Position numbers and translations under genes: made by a program. Positions 18,392-24,615 of a stretch of 28,649 bases of DNA are shown piece after piece (position 1 is the first letter of the stretch; each line of letters starts with the position of its first letter). Source of the stretch: a virus (Duplodnaviria; Caudoviricetes); IMG/VR virus record IMGVR_UViG_3300017786_002712, positions 1-28,649 of that record; one strand, given 5' to 3'. The notes beneath the pieces are model-generated. The model saw only the letters and a list, made by a program, of their open reading frames with translations. It searched no databases and was not told the DNA's origin.

Positions 18392-18571
18392 ATGTCAGAA
18401 TCAATACACGAGCAGATTGTTGCTCAATACGAATCATACCTAGCAGAGAACGAAAAGTTCGAAGGTGGAACAAAAGCGTCTGCCGCAAGAGCAAGAAAAG
18501 CTCTAGGCGAAATGGGTAAACTTGCTAAAGCAAAGCGAGCTGAAATCCAAGACAAAAAGAATAATATGTAA
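18392..18571 (+). CDS. Histone H1-like Hc1-family small protein, 59 aa (absent from the ORF track)
   Basis: AGGAG RBS; MSESIHEQIVAQYESYLAENEKFEGGTKASAARARKALGEMGKLAKAKRAEIQDKKNNM, with the KF..G.K.A..RARK motif. Confidence 0.8.
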   Translation: MSESIHEQIVAQYESYLAENEKFEGGTKASAARARKALGEMGKLAKAKRAEIQDKKNNM

Positions 18572-18579
18572 TAAATAAT

Positions 18580-18616
18580 GTATAGGGCGTGGGAATTGTT
18601 TCTACGCCTTATATAC
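18580..18616 (+). promoter_or_regulatory. Stable hairpin between the Hc1-like and cold-shock genes
   Basis: TAGGGCGTGGGAA-TTG-TTTCTACGCCTTA, a 13-bp stem including G-U pairs, directly after AATAAATA. Confidence 0.55.
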
Positions 18617-18633
18617 TTTAAGAAGGGCAAGAC

Positions 18634-18852
18634 ATGGCAATACAGGGCAAATTAAAATTTTACAATCACGTAAAAGGTTATGGCTTCATTGGTCGCGAAG
18701 ATGGACAACAAGATATCTTCGTTCACATTTCTGAATTTAAAAAATCAGGAATCAAAAAAGTTGTACAGGAAATGATAGTTGAATATGAATTAGACGATCA
18801 CAACGGCAAGCCTGTCGCAACTGAAATCAAAATAGTTCACGTACCTGAATAA
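18634..18852 (+). CDS. cspA: Cold-shock domain protein
   Basis: RNP1 KGYGFI and RNP2 DIFVHIS motifs; 72 aa. Confidence 0.92.
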   Translation: MAIQGKLKFYNHVKGYGFIGREDGQQDIFVHISEFKKSGIKKVVQEMIVEYELDDHNGKPVATEIKIVHVPE

Positions 18853-18875
18853 GTTATACAAATAACATTCTTCTC

Positions 18876-18906
18876 TTGACATCTACCTAAAAAGACTGTA
18901 TAAATA
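18876..18906 (+). promoter_or_regulatory. Composite promoter for the tmRNA (sigma70 plus T4 late)
   Basis: TTGACA-17 bp-TATAAA, where the -10 box is also a perfect TATAAATA (18899-18906). Confidence 0.75.
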
Positions 18907-18910
18907 TATA

Positions 18911-19235
18911 TGTAACGTTGAAGCAATTCAAACGCTATACAGGACCCCGGGGCGGTACCGGGCAGGTCCACCATAAACACATTAAGCACACACTATCTAG
19001 TGTGCTTATGATGGGCCTGAACTAGGATCGACTGGTAGTTAATAGATGTTGTGGAGTTTCCCGGATGTAAGCTCGGTTAACGCGAACACACGTTTTAAAT
19101 GCAAACGATAACGCATCAAACGTATATTCTTTCGTAGACTTCGGTTCACTTAAGAACACATACGTGAATGAGGATTTTGCCTTAGCGGCATAATCACTCG
19201 GGGTTGGCGACTTACCTAGCAACAGAAAAGTCGTA
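18911..19235 (+). ncRNA. ssrA: Circularly permuted two-piece tmRNA, alphaproteobacterial type
   Basis: Acceptor piece comes first: T-arm CCCGG-GGCGGTA-CCGGG, then CAGGTCC-A-CCA ending at 18973. Intervening segment 18974-19012 has a TAAGCACAC/GTGTGCTTA hairpin. Coding piece starts GGGCCTGAACTAGGATCGAC at 19013, giving a 7-bp acceptor stem with G3.U. Tag ORF 19101-19193 reads ANDN...ALAA. 3' motif ACCTAGCAACAGAA. Outer ends are approximate. Confidence 0.95.
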
Positions 19236-19257
19236 CTTTAACTATTTCTTTTTAGCC

Positions 19258-19265
19258 TATAAATA
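19258..19265 (+). promoter_or_regulatory. T4-type late promoter upstream of the porin
   Basis: Perfect TATAAATA. Confidence 0.65.
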
Positions 19266-19361
19266 TATCGTGCCAGAAAACGCACAAACTATCTAATGAG
19301 TAGATAACTATACATTGTAGACAACGAGAACTACACTTCATATAAACGAGGAAAATCAAAA

Positions 19362-20180
19362 ATGAATAAGACTTTAATCACAGTCGCTGTGGCGACTTTG
19401 GCGCTTTCATCAGCGACACTAGCAACAGCAGACGAAGCAGTAGCAGTGGTGGCGCCTACTCCAGTAATTTCAGGTGCAGTATCACTTGACTTTGCAGAGA
19501 CAGCAACAAACAAAACAGCCGGAACAATGGGTGTTGAACTAGATATTGATGCAGGAGATATTGCAACAGTTGATTTAGATTTCAAAGCAACAGACGGCGA
19601 CTCACTAAAATTAGACACTTGGACTGTTGGAACAACAGCAGGATCAGTAGCATTAGCATTTGGCGATAGCAATGGTCTATTACCAGAAACAAATGCCAAC
19701 ACAACAGCAGACGGCACACTAAACGTACCAACAATGACAGAGTCATTACAAGTAACAATGGGCGGAGCAAGTGTAGCAGTAGGCTTAACTGACTGGACAA
19801 CTGATGTATCAGAAGTTAGTAACTTACAAGGCGCATACACACTAGACGCAGGTGTTGGTTCATTAACAGCAAGTGCTGATTATAACCGTACAACTGAAAA
19901 CACAGTACTAGGTGGAGCTCTAACAGGTGTAGACTTAGCTGGTATGACAGCAGGCGGAATGATGACATATGACACAGACGCATCGAAAATGGCGTATGAA
20001 GGTTCATTAGCATCAAACGGAATTACAGCATATGTTAATGGTGATGACACTAACAAACTACAACACATTGGTGGCGAGTATGTTATGGCATGGAACGGCG
20101 CAGAGCTATCAGCTGGCGTTGACTATGATACCGATTCAAAAGATTGGGCACCACAGGCTGGAATCAGCTTTAAATTCTAA
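19362..20180 (+). CDS. Outer-membrane porin-like beta-barrel protein
   Basis: Sec signal peptide ending ATA; alternating beta-strand pattern; C-terminal beta-signal AGISFKF with terminal Phe; GAGGA RBS. Confidence 0.75.
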   Translation: MNKTLITVAVATLALSSATLATADEAVAVVAPTPVISGAVSLDFAETATNKTAGTMGVELDIDAGDIATVDLDFKATDGDSLKLDTWTVGTTAGSVALAFGDSNGLLPETNANTTADGTLNVPTMTESLQVTMGGASVAVGLTDWTTDVSEVSNLQGAYTLDAGVGSLTASADYNRTTENTVLGGALTGVDLAGMTAGGMMTYDTDASKMAYEGSLASNGITAYVNGDDTNKLQHIGGEYVMAWNGAELSAGVDYDTDSKDWAPQAGISFKF

Positions 20181-20199
20181 GCAGTCTTAGAACTAAATT

Positions 20200-20227
20200 A
20201 AAAGGTCGCCTAGTGCGGCCTTTTTTT
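20200..20227 (+). terminator. Rho-independent terminator
   Basis: AAAAGGTCGC-CTAGT-GCGGCC-TTTTTTT. Confidence 0.9.
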
Positions 20228-20268
20228 ATGACTGAATTCAATAAATACATACATAACCAAGGAGGCCT

Positions 20269-20520
20269 ATGGCAAAAATGAGAAAGTTCCATTTTTGGAA
20301 CGAAGCAGGTGATGAAAAAGATACAGAGCAATTAAGTTTAACGAGAGCAGTCAAGGTAGTACAAAGCGACTTTAAAGATATGTTTATTGGCGTTGAGTAT
20401 ATTAGCAAAAAAGGTAAAGAAGTAGTAGATAGAATAAAGCTACCCTGGGGTAGAAAAGTAAGACAAGCTATAGCTACTGAAAAGAAAAGAGCCGAGTTAA
20501 AGGCTAAATTGCAAAGGTAG
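20269..20520 (+). CDS. Small basic hypothetical protein, 83 aa
   Basis: AATAAATA late motif at 20240 and AGGAGG RBS. Confidence 0.85.
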   Translation: MAKMRKFHFWNEAGDEKDTEQLSLTRAVKVVQSDFKDMFIGVEYISKKGKEVVDRIKLPWGRKVRQAIATEKKRAELKAKLQR

Positions 20521-20523
20521 TAT

Positions 20524-20667
20524 ATGAAATTACATAAATTTTTCGTAGCACATGAAACACAGCCAAAGAAGACAAGCATAGGAAACAATCACAGTAGAAC
20601 AAAGTTTAGTTCTATGAACAAGAGTAAAAAAAGAAGTTATAAGAAATACAAAGGACAGGGGAAGTAA
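20524..20667 (+). CDS. 47-aa very basic peptide ending in KKYKGQGK (absent from the ORF track)
   Basis: MKLHKFFVAHETQPKKTSIGNNHSRTKFSSMNKSKKRSYKKYKGQGK fills the gap between flanking ORFs exactly; resembles a recalled T4-like phage family (KKTSIG...SMNK...Y[RK]GQG). Confidence 0.8.
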   Translation: MKLHKFFVAHETQPKKTSIGNNHSRTKFSSMNKSKKRSYKKYKGQGK

Positions 20668-20868
20668 ATGTCAAAAGAAGACAACACAGGTAAAATGGAA
20701 GTAGCAGTTCGTATCTTAGGTAACGAGCTAGTAGCACTAAAGATGACTGTAGACGACTTTAAGATTAAATGGTTGATCTACGGAGTGATCACTATCGTAG
20801 CATTAGGTTGGGCCGCAAGTAGTTTTGGCCCTGCGTTGTTTGAAATGGTCGGCGACAATGTTCAGTAA
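20668..20868 (+). CDS. Small membrane protein, 66 aa
   Basis: Abuts the previous stop codon; one hydrophobic helix WLIYGVITIVALGWAA. Confidence 0.75.
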   Translation: MSKEDNTGKMEVAVRILGNELVALKMTVDDFKIKWLIYGVITIVALGWAASSFGPALFEMVGDNVQ

Positions 20869-21052
20869 ACAGTGCAAGTTACATTTAGAATCAGTTAACC
20901 AAAAACCATTAGAGCATATGGCATTAGCACTAAAGACAGCAGTCAAATTACAACTGTTAGTGCCTGCTTTAATAATACACAGTGTAGCACCAAGATGCTT
21001 CACTAACACAGCAACTAATGTCATGAAAGATATATTAGACAAACGTAAATAA
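20858..21052 (+). CDS. Small protein, DUF6356-like, 64 aa
   Basis: Start MFSKQ at ATG 20858; pattern HL......EH...A...IIH..P..F..TA. Confidence 0.6.
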   Translation: MFSKQCKLHLESVNQKPLEHMALALKTAVKLQLLVPALIIHSVAPRCFTNTATNVMKDILDKRK

Positions 21053-21066
21053 AAGAGGGCAAATAA

Positions 21067-21534
21067 ATGTACGAATACAAATGTAAAATATTAAGAGTAG
21101 TAGACGGAGACACCGTTGATGTGGATATTGACCTAGGCTTTGGCGTGTGGATGCACAGAGAACGTGTTCGCATGATGGGTATAGACACACCAGAATCAAG
21201 AACACGCGACAAAGTGGAGAAAGCATTTGGACTCGCATCGAAAGCCAGACTTAAAGAACTGTTACCCATCGGATCAACAGGTATTCTTAAAACAGAAATT
21301 GATAGAAGCGGAGAAGATAAAAAGGGCAAGTTCGGAAGAATACTTGGAGACTTTATCATCAAGGATAAAAGGGCCACTGAAATTCTTATTGAAGAGGGAC
21401 ATGCTGTAGCATACTTCGGCGGATCTAAAGACGATGTTGACGCACAGCACATGGCAAATAGAACAAGATTGCTTGAAAATGGGACTATGAGCCAAGCAGT
21501 TTATGATGCCGCTGTAGCAAAAATGACCAAATAA
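21067..21534 (+). CDS. Thermonuclease (SNase) family nuclease
   Basis: RVVDGDT, RVRMMGIDTPE, GKFGRILG, LIEEGHA. Confidence 0.9.
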   Translation: MYEYKCKILRVVDGDTVDVDIDLGFGVWMHRERVRMMGIDTPESRTRDKVEKAFGLASKARLKELLPIGSTGILKTEIDRSGEDKKGKFGRILGDFIIKDKRATEILIEEGHAVAYFGGSKDDVDAQHMANRTRLLENGTMSQAVYDAAVAKMTK

Positions 21535-21562
21535 ACCGCTAAAATACGCGGAAAATTACTTC

Positions 21563-21605
21563 TTTACCAAAATAGGTTGACTTTTGTTCTTTATTATTAT
21601 ATATT
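21563..21605 (+). promoter_or_regulatory. Early promoter, copy 1 of a repeated element
   Basis: TTTACCAAAATAGGTTGACTTTTG; TTGACT-17 bp-TATATT. Confidence 0.8.
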
Positions 21606-21653
21606 GTAGTTAATATGTTAACAAAAATAATAAAAATAATAAGGAGTAACATT

Positions 21654-21914
21654 ATGACTAAACAAGCAAAAGGCGTAAAGTTCTTTAAAGAAGGAACACA
21701 AAACCAACAAATCCTAGAAAATTACTGGGGAAACGGTAAGTCGTTTACTACAGAAGATCTAACAGATAACTTGGACATTATGTCACCAGGTGCTAGATTA
21801 ACTGAGTTAAGAGACGCAGGTTTTGACGTAAGAGTAGTAGATACTAACTCAAACGATTCAGTAGGTAGACCAGAAGCTACATACAAAATTATGCAAAGAA
21901 GAGCATTTGCGTAA
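21654..21914 (+). CDS. Winged helix-turn-helix protein, 86 aa
   Basis: AAGGAG RBS before ATG 21654; Q..QIL...T..DL...I.SPGARLTELRDAGFDV...A.Y pattern. Confidence 0.7.
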   Translation: MTKQAKGVKFFKEGTQNQQILENYWGNGKSFTTEDLTDNLDIMSPGARLTELRDAGFDVRVVDTNSNDSVGRPEATYKIMQRRAFA

Positions 21915-21919
21915 TTAAA

Positions 21920-21962
21920 TTTACCAAAATAGGTTGACTTTTGCGCCTATCAGTGTTATTAT
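21920..21962 (+). promoter_or_regulatory. Early promoter, copy 2 of a repeated element
   Basis: Identical 24-mer TTTACCAAAATAGGTTGACTTTTG; TTGACT-17 bp-TATTAT with extended TG. Confidence 0.8.
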
Positions 21963-21997
21963 ATAAACATAATAAGGCTAACAGATAGGCGCAGAAC

Positions 21998-22450
21998 ATG
22001 ACAATGAGTTTAGTACGTGGTATGACATCGCTCAATACCAAAAAACGTAAGGCAACTAAGATGACAGCCGGTAGACTAGAGAAGCTACAAAAAGATCATC
22101 GAGAACACAACAAATATATGAAACGTATACAGGCACACAGTAATGTGATGACCTTTGACGAGTACGTAGAATATGTAAGTGGCAACTTCAAACCCAAAGC
22201 AAAAACATCTAACAAGGCATGGACTTATGAAGGTCCTAAGGTACGTGAAACACAACATGTTCCAAGTCGTGTTACTAAAGACAGTTTTGCTCCAGCACTA
22301 CAAAAACAACCTTTACAATATTCAGGCGAACGTAGACTAGTAGGTATTGCTACAATGCACAAAAGTAATATGGTTCCTGTGTTTGCTGATGATGACGATA
22401 AGAACGGATCAAAACAAGCAACTGAAATAGCACAAATGCGTAGAAACTAA
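21998..22450 (+). CDS. Conserved T4-like phage hypothetical protein
   Basis: C-terminal YSG...GIATMHKSNMVPV...A.EIAQMRR motif recalled from T4-like phages. Confidence 0.8.
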   Translation: MTMSLVRGMTSLNTKKRKATKMTAGRLEKLQKDHREHNKYMKRIQAHSNVMTFDEYVEYVSGNFKPKAKTSNKAWTYEGPKVRETQHVPSRVTKDSFAPALQKQPLQYSGERRLVGIATMHKSNMVPVFADDDDKNGSKQATEIAQMRRN

Positions 22451-22492
22451 TGTACACACTAAATGTAGTGGTATTCCAACTTAAATAAAACT

Positions 22493-23077
22493 ATGAGGCA
22501 GATTATGAAATCAACAATATACTGGGCAATCGCTGTTATGACGGTGTCGACCGCTTTCGCTCAAACACAAGCAAGTACATTCCAAAAGCCACAACTTGAA
22601 GAATTGTACACAGAAGAAAATAGACCAGAGTTATATTGCCTGGCACAAAATGTTTACTTCGAAGCTAAGTCAGAACCATTAGCAGGGCAATATGCTGTTG
22701 CTGATGTAGTTCTTAATAGAGTAAATGATACTCGTTATCCTAACACTATTTGCGAAGTTGTTAGAGAAGGTCCAATTAGAGAAAGTTGGAAGACTCAACA
22801 ACACGCAGATCTAACACCAAAAGAACGTATCTATCATCCAATCAAACATCGTTGCCAGTTCAGCTGGTACTGTGATGGCAAGTCTGACACAGTAAGAGAT
22901 AACGATGCTTGGCGTATGGCACAAATTGTAGCATATAAAATTGTGTATGCTGACAAGATGCGAGGTATTACAGAAGGTGCTACACACTACCATGCTGATT
23001 ATGTTAGTCCGAAGTGGGCAAGTAAAATTCAATTAGTTGGTAGTATCTCAACACACATTTTTTATCGTTGGCCGTAA
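22493..23077 (+). CDS. SleB/Hydrolase_2 family cell wall hydrolase with signal peptide
   Basis: CLAQNVYFEA, GQYAVADVVLNRV, YPNTICEVV, CQFSW, GATHYHA, HIFY. Confidence 0.92.
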   Translation: MRQIMKSTIYWAIAVMTVSTAFAQTQASTFQKPQLEELYTEENRPELYCLAQNVYFEAKSEPLAGQYAVADVVLNRVNDTRYPNTICEVVREGPIRESWKTQQHADLTPKERIYHPIKHRCQFSWYCDGKSDTVRDNDAWRMAQIVAYKIVYADKMRGITEGATHYHADYVSPKWASKIQLVGSISTHIFYRWP

Positions 23078-23094
23078 TTGGTAAAAAAGGTTAG

Positions 23095-23133
23095 CCAAAA
23101 TAGGTTGACCTTTTCAATTACCTGTGTTATATT
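23095..23133 (+). promoter_or_regulatory. Early promoter, copy 3 of a repeated element
   Basis: CCAAAATAGGTTGAC; TTGACC-17 bp-TATATT with extended TG. Confidence 0.8.
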
Positions 23134-23175
23134 ATATGTAACATTAACTATAAAGGCTTTTAAAGGAGGCACATT

Positions 23176-23334
23176 ATGGAAACGATTAATACAGTAACAG
23201 AGTTTCTTGTTGAAGAAAAAGACAAGATTGTAGAGTATCAGACACAGTCGTGGGCTGATGCTAAAATTCAACTGGCAACTAATGCTGAACAAGTAACAGA
23301 ATTGTTCAACAAAGTTGTTTCATTCGTTAACTAA
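23176..23334 (+). CDS. Small hypothetical protein, 52 aa (absent from the ORF track)
   Basis: Strong AAAGGAGG RBS; METINTVTEFLVEEKDKIVEYQTQSWADAKIQLATNAEQVTELFNKVVSFVN. Confidence 0.8.
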   Translation: METINTVTEFLVEEKDKIVEYQTQSWADAKIQLATNAEQVTELFNKVVSFVN

Positions 23335-23355
23335 CTAAGGCTAGGAGATTATATT

Positions 23356-23874
23356 ATGAAAGGCATTTTAAGATTAGGCGCAACACTAGGACTTATTGGT
23401 ATGCTTGGAGCATGTTCAGGTAAGTATGTAGAAATTGCTGAACGTGACACATACGCACAACCTAAATGGTATGCGAATTGTGTTGAATCCGGTCATGAAG
23501 GCTGGTTCTGGTGGAAAGAAGAAATGGCATATGCCTGTGGCGCAGGAGAAAGTATTTTCCAACAAGCGGCAGAAGAACAAATGTATGCTATCGCAATGAA
23601 TAATTTTGCTAAACGTATTAATAGTGAAGTTAATTCTAACACTACACTACAGTTTACTGACAACAATGGATCTGAGTCTAGGTCTACTAAAACTGTTATT
23701 AGTTATGTTGTAAAAGATACAACTATCCGTGAACACATTTCAAAAGAGACTGGAACATTTAGGTTTCAAAACAAACAATTTACGTTTGTAAAACTTAAAA
23801 TGAACAAGCAAATTTTTGATGCACTTGTAGCGGAGGCAAAGAATGCTAAAGTTGTCGCAAAAAACACTAATTAG
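23356..23874 (+). CDS. Lipoprotein, LPP20-like
   Basis: AGGAG RBS; signal peptide with lipobox LGAC; PKW motif. Confidence 0.8.
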   Translation: MKGILRLGATLGLIGMLGACSGKYVEIAERDTYAQPKWYANCVESGHEGWFWWKEEMAYACGAGESIFQQAAEEQMYAIAMNNFAKRINSEVNSNTTLQFTDNNGSESRSTKTVISYVVKDTTIREHISKETGTFRFQNKQFTFVKLKMNKQIFDALVAEAKNAKVVAKNTN

Positions 23875-24199
23875 ATCTACTTTAATAGTAGGAGCAGTCT
23901 TGGCTTTGTCAGCTTGCTCCTCTAATACTATGCCAACAATGGCACAGTTTGAACCGCAGTATTGTCATACTAAAAGTAAGTATACCTTACAAAATGGTAA
24001 TAAGGCAAATAGTAGGATTGATGTAAATTGTACTGACGATCCTAAAGATAAACACTTCTTGGCGTACAGTGGTATGGCTAAAAATTGTAGGGAGCATTTT
24101 TATAATGTATGGTATCATGGTAAACAACATAAGCAACGTGGTTTCGTCTGTCAAAAACTTGATGGCAGTTGGGAAGTCCTTAATCATCCTTACAACTAG
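23843..24199 (+). CDS. Lipoprotein, Cys-rich
   Basis: GGAGG RBS; lipobox LSAC; C-terminal C...G.VCQKLDGSWEV. Confidence 0.8.
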   Translation: MLKLSQKTLIRSTLIVGAVLALSACSSNTMPTMAQFEPQYCHTKSKYTLQNGNKANSRIDVNCTDDPKDKHFLAYSGMAKNCREHFYNVWYHGKQHKQRGFVCQKLDGSWEVLNHPYN

Positions 24200-24596
24200 T
24201 TTCTTACTAGTAGGATGTGGAGCAAACACACTAACACACAATTCGTATAGTACATCATCTAGTACACATACTGATTATGGTAATACCGGTAGTATAGTAA
24301 ATGTAGGTATTAACTACTTTAATTGGAGTACGAATCGTATGTCAGCAGTTGATAGATCGCAACAACAACAAGCAGTTTTCTTTGCGTTAAATACATTGAA
24401 GCCAGGAGAAGTTACAGACTGGTATAATGGTAATACAGGAGCACAAGGTAAAGTGATGGTAGCTATGAGTTATCCTCAAGGAAGTGGTTACTGTAAAACT
24501 ATTTTTAGTCAGATTATTTACAATGGCAAACAAAGAGATTTTTCCGAGACGGCTTGTATTAATGCAGTAGATAATACCTGGCAGTTTCAGCGATAA
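24162..24596 (+). CDS. Lipoprotein with a 17-kDa surface antigen-like domain
   Basis: Start MAVGKS at 24162 gives lipobox LVGC; AL....GE...W.N..TG..G......YC......G......TAC....W pattern. Confidence 0.75.
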   Translation: MAVGKSLIILTTSFLLVGCGANTLTHNSYSTSSSTHTDYGNTGSIVNVGINYFNWSTNRMSAVDRSQQQQAVFFALNTLKPGEVTDWYNGNTGAQGKVMVAMSYPQGSGYCKTIFSQIIYNGKQRDFSETACINAVDNTWQFQR

Positions 24597-24615
24597 ATAC
24601 TACACGAGGTATTAA

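Noticed and set aside
18940-18973. Stand-alone tRNA gene at the CCA-ending arm
   Set aside because: No anticodon or D arm upstream; it is the acceptor piece of the permuted tmRNA
19022-19222. Minus-strand 66-aa ORF in the track
   Set aside because: Antisense to the tmRNA coding piece, with no RBS or recognisable product
21563-23133. Repeated 15-24 bp sequences as a CRISPR array or att sites
   Set aside because: Spacing is irregular and gene-sized, and each copy overlaps a -35 box, so they are promoters
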